Shown here: positions 23,601 through 37,867 of the stretch, one piece after another | How positions within the stretch are numbered: the stretch's first letter is position 1 | Layout: each line of letters begins with the position of its first letter | From: Eledone cirrhosa | Lineage: Eukaryota | DNA length: 64,000 nucleotides | Direction: 5' to 3' | Assembly (NCBI GenBank): GCA_964016885.1 | Contig: OZ024740.1 | Location: forward strand, 377,704,001 to 377,768,000 | The notes under the pieces: model-generated | The model's input: the letters and a program-made list of their open reading frames with translations, nothing else | The model's database searches: none | What the model was told of the DNA's origin: nothing | Position numbers and translations under genes: made by a program

Positions 23601-23714
23601 ATTATTAGATGTGTATATATAACAGGTTAACTTTGGGAAGTTTTGAAATTTGAAATGTAATCGTCCCATCTTAATTGACTATAATAAATAGAGATTGATA
23701 AAATCGAGTATAGT

Positions 23715-25188
23715 AATCCTGTGGTAAGGCTGCAGAGGATGATCAAATTTTATTCGAGACGTTAAAAGCCTTAAATAGAGTAGGCATTCTCTGGCTGACT
23801 CGTGTGTGCCGGCTGGCCTGAGATGTTAAAAGCCTTAAATAGAGAAGAATGGCCTTGATCTTTGGAAAGGAGGTTAAGCAACGGCAATCGAGTGATAATC
23901 CCAATTTTCAAAAAGGGAGATTGTTCCAATTATAGAGTGATCTCCTTATTAAGCCTCCCCAGTAAAGTTTATGCTGTCTCGCAAAGATTGTAGAGAGATT
24001 GTCGAGTTCAAGCTAGCTGGTGAACAGCGTGGTTTTCGCTCTAGACGCAGCAGAGCCGACTAAATATTCACACTGCGGCGGGTCTTTGAGAAATTGTGAG
24101 AGTACTGCCAAGAGGTATATTCTTGCATTGTATACCTCGAAAAGGCATATGACCACGTTCCACGAGACCTGCTGTGGAAGGTTCTGCAGGGGTATGGATC
24201 AATTGTCAGCTTCTTGTTGCTCTGATGTCTGTATACAAATGCCCTAGTGTTTGTGTTCGGATAACTGGTGCTAAAACGAAACCATTCAATGTGGGAGTCG
24301 CACTCCGCCAAGGGTGCGTACTGTCATTTCTTCTGTTCGTTATTTTCATCAGCATGGAAGTGGTATCAAGGCAGGCAGGTGTACGATCAGTCGGCTGGAA
24401 TATGCAGACAACATGGTATTACTTAACTCAACAGAAGGCGATCTCCGACATACACTTGATTGGTTTGATGCCGAGTGCCGCATGGCTGAAATGAAAATCA
24501 GTGCTGCGAAGATTGAGACACTCGTCCTTTCAAGGAAGCCTGTGCAGTGCACTCTACATGTGAATGGAGTTCCACTGAAGCAGGCGGAGAAGTTCAAGTA
24601 TCTCAGAGCCGTATCACGAGTGATGGCAAGAGGCTGAATTAAGTGCAATAATTGCAGGAGCTGGTGCGGTAGAGTGCATTCGGTTTTCAAAAGAATGAAG
24701 GTAGGTGTAAAAGCCACATTTGGTATCTTCAATTCAGTATTCGTGCCAACCCTTACCTATGGTCATGAATCTTGGGTAATGACCGAAAGAAAGCGATCGC
24801 GAATACAAGCGGCCGAAATTGGATTCCTCCGAAGGGTCTTTGGAGTAACGTCACTCGATTGAGCGTGTAGTCCGGAGATTAGAGAATCGCTCTAGGTAGA
24901 GCCGCTACTTCTCCATTCAGAGATCACAGCTCTGATATTACGGGTATATGGTTAGAATATCTCAATAAAGAATCGCTGGATAGATATTACAGGCAAAACC
25001 AACTGGCAGGAGACCCAGGAGTAAACTCCGAGCAAGATGGTTGGATAACATCTATGAGCTCAGCTGCTCTCGCTTGAGGATCCAGTCGGATCAATTGGAG
25101 ACGGTTTCTTCTGACAGAACTTGCTGGAAAGTGTGTTTGAGGACTCTTCCCCCATGACCCTATCAAGAATAAGTGGGCGAAGAAGAAG
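23715..25188 (+). mobile_element. RTE-clade LINE relic, same family as 21340-22454
   Basis: LEYADNMVL, KFKYL and PTLTYGHESWVMTE. Shared 3' end and short GAA tail. Confidence 0.85.
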
Positions 25189-26691
25189 ACTTTACACCAC
25201 TATCACCGTCATGCAGCAGCTCTTTTATTTTTGCCATCCCACTCCTCACAAAATCCGTCACCCAACTCCATCTTTTCTCACATATCCCCTATACTGAGAC
25301 GAAGAGCTAGAGCGAAAACACATTATATTTTACATTGCTCACAGCAAATAAACTTTACCATTTAGCATTTAACTGATTTAGGACTTTACCCTATTTTAAT
25401 ATATTGTTACATCATCATTACGAAATATCATAAAAATATGAGTGATTGGTTATCCAATAAAATGATGAAGGCAGTGATTAATAGTTTTAATGCAGCAAAT
25501 TTTGAAACAACTGAAAACGTGTCTTTTAATGCAATGGAACGGGTGTTTATGATTCTGAAATTTTAAATTTACTGCCTGGGTTTGGGGAATTCCAAGCAAG
25601 CACAATATTTTCTTCAAAGAAAATATGAAAGATTAGTTGTCAAAGACAGAACCTTACATTGTTGACATTGTGTGAATAACCCACAATTGAGAATACTTAA
25701 AATATATTTCTGCTCTTCGGAATAACAAATGTATAAAGTTTCTGCATCTAGACTCGAGCAAAATTTCAGCAAAACAAAAGTGAAAATACCGTCATATATA
25801 AATGCGTAAATATACAATTTTTGTTAAAATAAGAGAGTTCAAATTATTGAACTAGCTACTACATGGCTTACATATTAGTAAAAAAAAAACGACAAAATAA
25901 ACCCCCAAAATTAGAGAAACGTTTACATTCACGAATTTTTCCTTCTACATATATATGTGAAAAGTGGTTGTTGTTGTTGTTGTTCAGAGAAATGCAATGA
26001 GTGAGAGAGTATGTGCGGAAGATAAATAGATAGTTTAAACCGTCATTCAAAAATACGGTGATGTGATAACAAATTGACATATTTCAAAATCTCTCTCTCT
26101 CTCTCTCAATATCAACAACAGTTATTATTGTTACATATAAAAATGAGAAAACCAGTGGCCTATGGTCAACGCTACACAGAGTTAAAAAAGACCATGGCAT
26201 TTGTCCGTCACACATATATGTGTATATATAATACATACTAGACCACCCGTGACCCGTTGGGTTACGTTCGCTTAAAAATATTTTTTTTCAATTATGTTCA
26301 CTTAAAAATAATTAAAATATACACAGACATGTATATAATGTAAAATGAAAATGGAATGCTCATATATATATATATGTGCGTGTGTGTGTGTGCGTATGTG
26401 CGTGTACATATGTATATATATATGTGGGTGTCTGTGACCTATAAACACTGATTACAAACACACACACACTCACATATATATACACAGACACATATACACA
26501 CAAACTTAGAAACCCTTCTTATTTAGCAGAAAATATTCGTTACACACATCCTGTTATATGATACATATGACTTAATATTCAGTCACCAAATTTTAGCTAG
26601 ATACAGTAATGCTGTATTCGATTCTTTGAAGTCACCAGTTATAATTTCATTCAACAACACCACCAGCTCTTTCTTCCATTTTCCTTCTCTG

Positions 26692-26728
<37 letters not shown>

Positions 26729-27649
26729 TTTCTCTGTCTCTCTATGTCTCTCTTTCAATCGACTCTCTCACAACTACTATCTCTTTCTCTCTATCTTTCT
26801 CTCCCTCTATTTATCAAGGTACCCGGAAAAAACCCGTATCTCGGGAGCCCGTGCTCTGATTTACGCGAACTTGTTTTATTCCATTTGTATTCCCATTTCA
26901 GGGGCAACTTCCTTTCAAAGTATTTTCCCAATATGCACCGTTTTGGGTGTATTAAATTACAGTCAAGACACAATCACAGAGTTTCAGTAGTATATAAATA
27001 GATAGTTACTTTTCTGGCTGTGGGGGGGGGGGTATGTGTGTGTGTGTGTGTGTGTGTGCGCGTGTGTGTGTTTTACCAGCAGCGTAGCGTTGGGTTTTTA
27101 CTAGTTTTAGAGAAAATCTTATTTCTTGTTGTTTTGATAATAGACTCTGAAACTTGTGTTGCAGAATAAAGGGGGTACATGAAATTCCATAAATTCATTT
27201 AAGTCCTAATTTGAAGAACTTCTTTGACTTCCATATCCGAGAACGATCAGTTTGGTTTGGTTTGGTTTGGTTAGTTTATTGTTTACACTAATTTTATCAA
27301 AAGCTATATTCAATAAAAGTTTACTTTGATTCATTTCATATTTGTCTATTACATTACCATTTTTACTAAAGACAGAAAAGATTCTATTCTTACTTACAAA
27401 ATAAATGCAACTGGCCAGTCTTCCCGACTAATTCAGTTGACAGTCGGATCCGTCCTTCATGCAACAACAGCTGTTTGACCTTATTCCACATGTCAGGATT
27501 AATCGGATACTGACATAATATATGACTTTTGTAAATTGTCTATAGTACCTCATCTGAAATTCATCCAGAATAAACGTGTTAGTTGAACTTCATCAATACC
27601 TAGAGTATCGCCCAGAACACTGTCGCCCATGCCGACCATTAAAGCTATA

Positions 27650-27766
27650 TAATTGTTTCTACTTTTGGCACAAGGCCAGCAATTACCCAGTACATTACTG
27701 GTACTTTAATTTATCAACCCCGTAAGGATGAAAGGCAAAGTTAACCTCGGTGGGATTTGAACTCAA
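27650..27766 (-). mobile_element. SINE copy (3' half)
   Basis: Reverse complement of the 22785 family core and tail. Confidence 0.7.
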
Positions 27767-28023
27767 AAGCTATATAATGCAAGTTTAACGTTCTGTCGAT
27801 CATATTACCCGATTGGTTAAGGATTGAGCGTCTGAAATTAATGAAGCTTCAATGATAGTACATATTTGAATTACGGGTTAGGGTTCTCTCGCTTGTAAAC
27901 CCCAAGCAATTATGTTTTGAGCCCTCACAGCTCACCAATGTACATATACATAAATGTGTGTACGTGTATGTGTGTGTTATGAATCCGTAGAGAACGTTAT
28001 TCAGTGACGTCTTTTGACGTACA

Positions 28024-28105
28024 ATGTTCAAATCCCACCGATGTTAACTTTGTTTTTTATCTTTCTGAAGTCGATTGAATCTATCTATCTACTCCACTGG
28101 TATTT
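28024..28105 (+). mobile_element. Degenerate SINE fragment
   Basis: GTTCAAATCCCACCGATGTTAACTTTG matches the family core. Confidence 0.45.
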
Positions 28106-28635
28106 ATAATACATACAATGGAAGTATTCACAAAAAGTGAAATTCCTAAATGCCGTCACACTTTTTATTCAGTCAACTACCATTTCTTTCAACAATAATT
28201 GGAAAAAAATATTTTTTCATTAAACAAGATATTACGGGTAATATTTTTCAACAAGCAGGAAGTCCTGCAATAGATTTTAAATAAAAGATTATTTGGGATT
28301 CTGATTAGAAATGTCAAGTTTCCTACAATGGAAGTACATAGGGGTACGTGAGTTGAAAGTACGTTGTTAAACAAACCAACATACTACAGAATGTGTTCAA
28401 AGTCTCATACGCACTAAAGTGTGAAAAGATATTTTTATTTTATAGTTTTTTTCTCTCTTTTTTTTTTTACTTAATTTTTTCTCAGATCAGTGTATACGTG
28501 AAAGTTTGTGTGTGAGTCAGTAAGTGTAGAGTCATGTATCTGATATGCGTACGCCAAACAGTTTTTTTTTGTTTTGTTTGTTTGTTTTCTTAAGTAAAGT
28601 TTTAATGCAAACACACACACGTGTGTGTGTGTATG

Positions 28636-28701
<66 letters not shown>

Positions 28702-28703
28702 AT

Positions 28704-28737
<34 letters not shown>

Positions 28738-28941
28738 CATTTTATAGGAGACAATTCGTTGCTTAATTACTTTTTGCAACATAGTGATAGTAATTAATGA
28801 GCGGTAGGATGTTATTAATAATTGTTTCTACTTTAGGCACTAGGAAGTTATTAATAATGACTTCTAAATTCAAGACAAAGACAGTAATTTGTTACTTTAT
28901 CTTATTGACTCTGCTAATCTGCCATTCTATAAAAATCTATT

Positions 28942-29487
28942 AATGAGCTATGTATATAGTTGTTATTTAACAAGAAGCCATCCCTCAATGAGCTATGTAT
29001 ATAGTTGTTATTTAACAAGAAGCCATCCCTCAATGAGGTATGTATATAGTTGTTATTTAACAAGAAGCCATCCCTCAATGAGCTATGTATATAGTTGTTA
29101 TTTAACAAGAAGCCATCCCTCAATGAGCTATGTATATAGTTGTTATTTAACAAGAAGCCATCCCTCAATGAGCTATGTATATAGTTGTTATTTAACAAGA
29201 AGCCATCCCTCAATGAGGTATGTATATAGTTGTTATTTAACAAGAAGCCATCCCTCAATGAGGTATGTATATAGTTGTTATTTAACAAGAAGCCATCCCT
29301 CAATGAGGTATGTATATAGTTGTTATTTAACAAGAAGCCATCCCTCAATGAGCTATGTATATAGTTGTTATTTAACAAGAAGCCATCCCTCAATGAGGTA
29401 TGTATATAGTTGTTATTTAACAAGAAGCCATCCCTCAATGAGCTATGTATATAGTTGTTATTTAACAAGAAGCCATCCCTCAATGAG
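28942..29487. repeat. 45-bp minisatellite, 12 units
   Basis: Unit AATGAG(C/G)TATGTATATAGTTGTTATTTAACAAGAAGCCATCCCTC, no spacers. Confidence 0.97.
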
Positions 29488-30254
29488 TACTACTCTGATG
29501 TATACTTTCATTTTTAAGACTGCAAGATGTTATTTGAGAATTTAACTACAATTTCTAATATGTAGAGCACAGAGAGACCTGCCTACACGCAAATTGTAAA
29601 TGATATATAATGAAATCGTTAATTTATATATAATATATAATATATACTATGTATAAATAAATATTATATATTTTATATACTTTTTTATTTTACTATATTT
29701 ATATATAATATGTATCATTTGGTATTTAATATATTATAGCATCTCTGTCGCCCTTTTAGGCCCCAGCACCCCCTGAACCTTCTCACACACCCTATACCCC
29801 CACCCACCCCCACCCCGGAGGGGTGGTAGCTCCCACTTTGAGAACCTCTGTTGTAGAGCCACCACGAAGAAACACCCTCTATTATAAATATAATTGATGT
29901 TATATTTGTTGTGTTATAGTGGCAGAGATGGTTGTGGTATAGTGATGACGATACAGTTTAATTAATAGAGATAGCGATGTGTTAATCTTGTTGTAACTGT
30001 TGTTGTTGTTTCAGAAGAGCTGTTGAGTCTTTTCTCTTTTTTGTTTCCTTCTCCAACTCAACGTAGGTCACTTTTCAACTAACGTTTTTTCATTGATGAC
30101 AAAACTGAAATAGTTTTCTCCTACTATCATAAGATAACGTTGTTTTTTTTTTTGAAGAATGAAAGGCAACGTCAGTTCCAAATGTGATCTCATATCAACA
30201 TTTAGTATTACGGTCAAAATTAGAATTTAGGTTCTAGTGATTAGGGTTATATAT

Positions 30255-30600
30255 ATTGTTATATTTTGGGAGGTTCATGCTGCCAATAAAAACACACGCA
30301 CCTGTTGGTTTTCATTTCAATTTATTATAAACTCCCAGTCGGTTAGTTTCATAACCGGGTGGATGTTTAATTGTTGATTGTCAAAGCTCTTTCGTCACAC
30401 ATTCTGTGACCTCCTCAGTGCCTACCTTTGTTATTTTGTGTCTCTCCTTTGTTCTGTCCTACACCATCTTGTTTTAGTGGGCTGTGTACTTTGGCTGCGC
30501 ATGTGTTATATCCTGATTTGTGTGTGTGTCTGTATGCGTGTGTGAGTCTGTGTGAGTGTGTTTTTGTGTATGTTTTTATTTATTTATACATTTATTTACC
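30255..30600 (-). mobile_element. Solo PLE pLTR, paralog of 59875-60290
   Basis: Clear similarity to 59875-60290, starts at (TA)n and contains a hammerhead. Confidence 0.75.
30380..30422 (-). ncRNA. Minimal hammerhead ribozyme
   Basis: GGCA-CUGAGGA-G-GUCACA-GAAUG-UGUGAC-GAAAG-AG-CUU^-UGAC. Confidence 0.7.
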
Positions 30601-30609
30601 TGCTCTTTC

Positions 30610-30800
30610 CTAGTATGAGATCGTAAATTACTTTTGAGCCCTGAAAGACGTTTGAAGGGCTGACAGTAAATACTACAGAAATGTCTCATTTCAGCCTTAA
30701 CTCCATTTTCCGTTTGTTTATTATGAGTGTTCAAGTGACACTTCAATCCTCTGCGTGACTTGCAGGTTTTTTTACGAACATTGCATTGAAACTGGTTACT
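30610..30800 (-). pseudogene. Decayed tandem C2H2 zinc-finger fragment, probably a LINE C-terminus
   Basis: FQCNVRKKTCKSRRGLKCHLNTH...FCSIYCQPFKRLSGLKSNLRSH, with ligand losses in both fingers. Confidence 0.55.
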
Positions 30801-31272
30801 CGGAATGAAATTCCAATAATTCATGTGTGACTAAACCAGTAACCTTACCAAGCTTGTCTGATGGGGAGGAGGATATTTGGACACTCTGCAGGCAAGATGA
30901 AATATATATATATGTGTGTGTGTGAGTGCGCGCGTGCGTATATATGTATGTGTACAAATATATGTGTATGTCTGTGTATGTATGTATATATATGGGATGA
31001 GTAAAAGTGCATGTTTCTATGTTAATAAAAAGAAGAATGCAAAACAAAATATGGAAAATATTAATTCAAGCGAAAAATTCATTAAAAATTATCCACAACT
31101 CAGCTTCATACTTGACTGCTGAACTCTGCTAAACATAGAGAACCTTGTGAAAACACGAATTGTATTTTTTAGCAAACTCTGCTAAAGTAATAAACAGCTA
31201 AATTCTTTTCTGCTTTTTTTGTGAAAATCAAACTAATTTTAGCAACTAAGTAATGTGTTAAAATTACTAATA

Positions 31273-31418
31273 GTGGTTTCTTATATAGGCACAAGGCCAC
31301 CAATTTTGGGGGAGGGGAAGGTCGATTAAATCGACCCCAGTGCGTGACTGGTACTTTATTTTATCGACCCCGTAAGGATGAAAGGAAAAGTTAACCTCGG
31401 CGGGATTTGAACTCAGAT
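31273..31418 (-). mobile_element. SINE copy
   Basis: Reverse complement of 22820-22962. Confidence 0.75.
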
Positions 31419-31489
31419 CATAATTACTAATAGTGTTTAATTTTACGCTTGACACTCAACTAAATTAAAAGCAGAAACATGCGATCAAT

Positions 31490-32180
31490 ATTCCATCAAG
31501 TGCATGTGACACCAAAGAAAGATATTCTGTTCCTTGAGTCACTGATCCTCCCACCTCCCACTAGCTCGAAACTGAGGAACTGCTTCACCATACCGAAGTT
31601 TGTCTTTTTTATTCGTTTGGGGGGTTTTTTCGCACCACCACCTTTTATAGTCATGTTTCCTATCTCACAGATCTCGATGACTGCATCCGGCATGGCGCGG
31701 AGGGTATATGCAACGTCTAGTTCGATGACTCCAGATGGTAATATGCCACCTTACCTGTCAGATACGACGGCTTTGGTCTTTGGCCTCCAGCTTTATTGGC
31801 ATTTCCAGCTGTTCTTTTGTCGCCTGACACAATCTTGTGTGGCAAGGCTTCGAACAGTTTTGCGCGCCGGCCGCAACCCCCCAACCCCAGTGGTGTTTAA
31901 TGGCTGTCTCTTTAACGCTGTTGCATTTCCATGGTAGATGCTTTCGGTCTTCATCCGCTGTCATGCCGCCCCAGCGCCGGTCACCTCCTATGTCATGTCG
32001 CTCTCAAAGAGCGTAGCTTGGGTGCTGCTAGCTTCCCATTACAGCTCGAACTAGTGGGGTTTGACCGAGGAGACGGCAGAAATCTAGATGACTTCACAAT
32101 CATCCTCTTCTGCAGTGGAAAGCTCTTCATCTGGAACGCGACTTAACGCGACACTCTCTTCAGCAGCAGCCTGGAGAGTT
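31490..32180 (+). mobile_element. CRE-like non-LTR retrotransposon relic (RT thumb and restriction-like endonuclease pieces)
   Basis: LRNCFTIPKFVFFIR and HPLSCRPSAG...LELVGFDRGDGRNLDDFTI...GKLFIWNAT resemble the CCHC and RPDG-type RLE region. Confidence 0.6.
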
Positions 32181-32199
32181 CAGCAAGTGTCAAACATGT

Positions 32200-33530
32200 A
32201 TATATAAATATATAGGAGGAGGAAAAGGTGGGAAAGGCCACATACCTTAGATTTTTTTAGAAGAAGGACGGTTGCTCGGCCCTTCCAGTTGTATGCTCTT
32301 GCACCGAAATGTCGGTATATATTCTTTTGGGGAATGTCCCTCGGAAGTCTCCAATTGAATCGGAGAATTTGGATTTTCAATGTGTATGTTTTGTGAGATT
32401 TGTATGATTTGTCTGTTTGAGGGTATTGCGAATTTTTGGGGTGTGATACAGAATTTTTCTCGAATTGTATTGTTGTGATGTAAGTATTTCAATAGTTTTA
32501 TATTGTTAGTGTTTATTGCTGTATAGTGTTATGTTTGTATCATTTTGTTGTATTTATTGGTTATGTTTGGGATGTTGTTGGTGTCTGTGGTGTTGATGAT
32601 GGTATGGTTAGTGGGGTTGGTGCTGGTGGTAGTAGTGGGGTGTACGTGTATGTGTTTGTTGCCTTCCGGCTTTTGCGATTTTTTCTCTTTCACCTTCTTT
32701 TAAGGGCGGAGACAGAAAGTTTTTTCTTTTCTTTTTTTTTTGTGTGTGTGTGGGGGGGGGGGGGGCAGACTACTTGTCACTCCTCTCTCTCATCCAAATT
32801 TAGGTCTAACTGTCAGACGTCGGGGCGTGACATGCCTTTGATGGGCGTTGGTATTGTTGATGCTGGTGATGGCGGTTCTGTTGATACAGTTGGTGGTGGT
32901 GTTGGTGTTGCTGGTGCTGGTGTTGCTGTTCCAGTTGATTTTGGTGTTGCTGTTGTTCTTTTTAGTGTTGGTGATGATGTTACTGTCTGGATTTTGTGGT
33001 TTTTGTTGTTGGTGAGTGTTTTGGTATTGGCAGGAGAGGGTATTTCCTCTCTTTCCCTTTCAGTGATGGATCCCCGACTAGGTCTCCTTTTTAGACTGAT
33101 AGACCTCCAGGAACTTTTAGTTTTCCTCGATGTCTACTATGACTGCAGCAATTAGCCAAGGAATGGCTATATCAGGCGACGCCTGTTGTACACGGATCCT
33201 TACCAGTCTCTGTCCGCTGTAGTAAGGGACCGGCAGGATCTCTTCACTTTGTATGGCTTTTAGGGAGTGAGATCTTGCTTCTTCTTCTGTTGCAAGTCTC
33301 ACTTCCTCCGTGCCAAAACCTCTGCCCCTTTACGGAAACTAAAGCTTTTTGTATTTACGTTTCTGTGGCTCTCTCCACCTTCTTCGTTTTTAAACGAATA
33401 ATACGCTGCGTCACCGTATGGTGGACTGTATTTTGGATGGTGTCAATAGGAATGTTGAGGCTTACAATATGACTGTCTTTTTCTACCACCCTCTGGCTTC
33501 TTTTACTTCCTCAGAGTAACGTTTTGGAAG
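32200..33530 (-). mobile_element. Decayed coding-like segment, possibly a LINE ORF1 relic
   Basis: Broken frames (MRLATEEEARSHSLKAIQSEEILPVPYYSGQRLVRIRV) followed by a Thr/Pro-rich tract. No diagnostic domain. Confidence 0.3.
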
Positions 33531-34149
33531 AAAGATTCCGTAGCTGGCATTTTCGGTTGATTTGCTGGCTCGTTGTTGTTGATGTTGTTGTTGACATTGT
33601 TGTCGTTGTGTTTGTAATCGCCGTTTTCAATTTTATGGCTGTTGTTGTTTTCGCTGCTATTTTTTTTTTTTTTTATTTTTGTTATCGCTGTTTTCAGTGT
33701 TGTTTTTGTTCATATTATTCATATTATTGTAATTTTCATTTAAACAAATTTCGTTATTTAGAACCACATTGTTTCTTTTGTGTTTTCATTCTAATCTTTT
33801 CACATTTGGTTTGATGGCAAGCCGACGCTGTTGTCAACAAACATTTTAACTTTGACATGAGGAGAACGTCGTCCACCTCTTTATGTGAATTACTACTACT
33901 CTTTCCTTTTAAGCTTGTGGTATCCATGTTAAAAAATTTTCTGTAATACAAATTAAATGTTGAAATTTCGATCTCACGACAATTCCCTACAGGGTGCCGT
34001 TGTTGATGTGATAATCATACCTGTATATAGCCGTGTGACTCTTCTATGTCTTTGTCAAGCTTAAGAACTTGAATATAAGGTTAGGGCCGTTGAAAAAATT
34101 AAAATTTTCGGAAAATTTTCGAGAGCCGAGAATGATAATAATAATAATA

Positions 34150-34600
34150 TGGTTATTATGTCAGCATTGTAAAATCAAAACAGCTGACAAGTGGTACAAT
34201 CATCGCCCTGAGGCTGTAACTGAAGGAGAAAAAGTAACGATTCTTTGGGACTTTCCTGTGCATACTGACAGGACCATAAAAGCTAAACGACCAGATATTA
34301 TTGTAAAAGACCAAATAAAATCTGTTTATTAATTGATATGAGCATACCATGTATCACCATATTGCAGCAAAAGAAGTTGACAAGCTAAGAAAATATAAAG
34401 ATTTGCTCATTGAAATTGAAAAAATGTGGCACTTCAAGGCCGTTACAATACCAGTGATTGTGGGAACACTGGAAATTATTTTTAAAAAAAGCAACAGAAC
34501 AATATTTGAGAATAATCCCTGGTTTGCATCTCTACAAGAGGTGCAAAGGCTTTTTAACCGGTACTGCACACGTATTGAGAAGGGCATTCTCACTGTGAGA
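34150..34600 (+). mobile_element. R4/Dong-type LINE 3' fragment (RLE domain)
   Basis: KWYNHRPEAV...ILWDFPVHTDRTIKAKRPDIIV...KLRKYKDLLIEIEKMW, starting next to (TAA)n. Confidence 0.85.
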
Positions 34601-34705
34601 ATGATAACCCTTCATGTAAGTATGTGCGGATGAGTGTGTGTGTGTGTGCATGGATATATTTTATTTATATGTATATATATATGTATGGGTTTATGTAAGT
34701 ATATG

Positions 34706-34820
<115 letters not shown>

Positions 34821-34821
34821 A

Positions 34822-36722
34822 TATCTAGGGCGGGTAAAATTCCCGAGATCCATGGACGAGTTCTCTCCAGTGGTCTCTGTCCCTCATTATCGCTGCCATG
34901 TCCTGCGTCTCCAACAGACCAGTGTCTGTCCTTAGGGCATCAACATACGTTAACCTTGGTCTTCCTCTTCCAGTGTGTCCATGTAGGAGCTCCCTCAGGA
35001 GCACTGAGTGCAATGTCAACTCTGGATGTCGGTGAACATGTCCAGCTAACCTCAGTCTCCTCTGTGTCACGTTTGAGCTGACTTTTGGGAGGCTCCCATA
35101 TAGCTCTTAGTTTTTCATCCTCAGTGTATACTGATTAATGTTCAGAGCCATCCTCAGCATTCTCGTGTAGCACCCATCCACCATCTGAGTGAGTTTCTTG
35201 GTCAGTGTCCAAGTCTCAGACCCGTACAGCAGCACAGACTACAGCAATGAAGAGGCGGAGTTTCAGGTCTTTACAAAGGTCCGACTTTCACACCGATCCC
35301 AAGCTGTGGCACGCCGCCCAGGCTTTGCTCTTCTTCTCAACCACATCATCTTCCGTATTCCCAATCTTTACTCCCAAATACAGGAAATCTTCAACCAATT
35401 CTAGCGGCTTCCCGCCTACATTAGTGAGACCCTCTGGCTTCTCAACATTCTCTACCAGATATTTTGTTTTAGTCTCATTCATTCCATCTCCACACTCATC
35501 GACACAGTCTCAACCTCCTGCATCAAATCCTCTGCCTCCTTCACTGTATTTGTCACCAAGACTATGTCGTCGGCAAATTCAGTATCTGATATCTTTTTCG
35601 CCTTAACTCTACTGCTCTGAGCCGGTGCTACAGTAAAGCCAGAGTCCTGGTGTTTCTCCAGTGCAAGGCGCATACAATAGTCCACTACGATGATAAAAAA
35701 AGTAGGGAGCCAATGTATCTCCCTGGAGCACTCCAGCCAGTATCTCAAAGAACTCTGTCATCCCATCAGGTGTAATGACTTGGGCTTTGGTGTTGGTGTA
35801 GAGCAGTGATAACAGGTCCACTATCTTCTTGGGGATTCCATAAGCCTGTAAGATCTTCATCAGGCAGTGATGCTCCACAGAATCAAACGCCTTCCTAAAG
35901 TCAATGAAAACCATCACCGCAGGAAGGCACTTTGCTCTAGCTCCCTCTAATATCCTCCTCAGCATCAGGATGTGACTGGTGGTTGATCTTCCCTCTCTGA
36001 AGCCGTTCTGGTTGTCCCTGAGCTTCTTCTCCATCTCAGGCTGGATCCTGTTAAGAATCATCCTGTTGAGGGTCTTTGCCACAAGTGACGTCAGTGAGAT
36101 CCCTCTGTAGTTGTTGGTGTTAGAGAGATCTCCCTTCTTTGGCACTGGGACGATGTTACTGATCCTCCACTGATTCGGGGCAACTCCTTTCTCCAGTGCC
36201 TGGTTACAGAACCCCAGGATGATATCATCAAAATCACACCTCTTCATCACCTCTGATGCCACTCCATCTTCTCCATGAGCCTTGCCCTCCTTGATTTTCT
36301 TCTTGGCTCTCTGAAGCTCCTCTCTGGTGAAGGGCTCTGTCTCAATATCCAGTTCTTCAAACAGCCGCCTAATCTCCCCAGTGCTCTGGGCTGTGGAAGG
36401 TGGTTCTCCTAGTAGGGTCCTAAAATGGTCTAGCCATTTCCTCTTCCTATCCTCGGGCCCTGTTCCCTGGATCTGACTCGAACACCTTCTCTTCCTCCCT
36501 GTGATCTCGTTGATGATCATCCAGCTCTCCTTACATGCAGATCTGTCAACCGCTCTCTCCACACTTCTGATCTTCTCTATCAGTGCCTCCTCTCTGGCCT
36601 CAGTGTAAGCGGTACAGAGTTCTTCCCTCATCACATCCACAGTCTCGATCCTCTCCTCCGTAGGATCAGCATAGAATTGGTACTTGGCAGATTTCAGGTG
36701 TTCTCTGGCTGCACACACTTTT
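34822..36722 (-). mobile_element. 5'-truncated RTE-like LINE (RT, frameshifted)
   Basis: NYRGISLTS, FIDFRKAFDS, GVLQGDTLAP, EFADDIVL and RLRLAGHVHRH...GRGRPRLTY. Microsatellites on both flanks. Confidence 0.9.
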
Positions 36723-36859
36723 GGGTATGTATACATGCACATGTATACATACATACATATATATGTATGTATGTATACATGTGCATGTGTGTGTGTGTGT
36801 ATATGTGAGTGTGTGTGTGTATATGTATGTGTGTGTATGTATGTGTATGTTTATGTATC

Positions 36860-36973
<114 letters not shown>

Positions 36974-37097
36974 ATTGTGTTCGATAGAATAACCACCATC
37001 ACCTAATTTTGTTGATAGATGTTACGGGTAAAGCAAAAGACCTTTCGAATGCCGGCAATAAACCCTACAATCCCTTTATAAGTCATTATAAGATTAA

Positions 37098-37256
37098 GGG
37101 CGGTGGATTGACAGTATCAGTAGAGGGTCGGACGCCATGCTTTCCAGCATAGTTACGTCCCTTTACGATCTGAGTTCAAATCCCGCCGAGGTTGACTTTG
37201 CCTTTCGTAATGCACTGGGTAATTGCTGGCCGTGTGCCTAAAGTAGAAACAATTAT
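37098..37256 (+). mobile_element. SINE copy with head, core partly deleted
   Basis: GGGCGGTGGATTGACAGTATCAG head, B box and family tail. Confidence 0.7.
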
Positions 37257-37867
37257 AAGATTAAGTTGAGATTTGTTATTAATAATGAAATTTCTTAGTT
37301 TATCAGTGTTGCAAAGAAAAGCACTGTCCATTCGTGATGCTCTATAGATGCTTGAAAGGATAATGAGTCGCGCTTGTTTGAGATGCTGGGAGAACAGATG
37401 TCCTAAATGCATCGTAAAATGTCAGCAACAAATCTATTTGTGGGCGTATACCGGATTGTGGTTTATCAACACATACAGAACGGATGTAACATTGTTATTT
37501 ATTTAATTATTAAATCTCACCCCTTCTACTTGTATTGTGGAGTCTCAGGTGCGCAAATTGAACGTGCTGTAAATCTGTCACTTTAGTTTAGACACAACAG
37601 GAATATGTCTTTTACCCATCTTTCCTTTAGTCAGACATTTACCAAATTTCTTTCTTTTCATTTCCTCTAATTGCAAATATTTAAATAAATAAAATAAAAT
37701 TTAAATAGTTTTCATTAAATATTTTCTTGATATTAAAGAAGTCAGAAATTACCCTTGAAATATTTCACGCATGCGTACAAACATACCTACCGCTATCGCC
37801 TACTCACTTTTACACATAAGCACGAAGGCTCTCATTCACAAATGTGGCCAAAAAACTTGAACTAGAA

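Noticed and set aside
26237-27104. Helitron-type hairpin plus CTAG ends at 26238 (minus), 27101 (plus) and also near 43886 (minus)
   Set aside because: Matching 5' ends could not be placed, so no element boundaries are claimed.
28889-29545. CRISPR array or repeat-protein gene (218-aa and 189-aa ORFs)
   Set aside because: No unique spacers, no cas genes and a eukaryotic context. The ORFs are by-products of a 45-bp unit.
30576-30824. Host C2H2 zinc-finger gene exon
   Set aside because: Zinc ligands are lost, there is no TGEKP linker and no clear splice context.
32526-33155. 209-aa Val/Gly-rich plus-strand ORF
   Set aside because: Antisense reading of a low-complexity CAA/CAC-rich tract with no domain.
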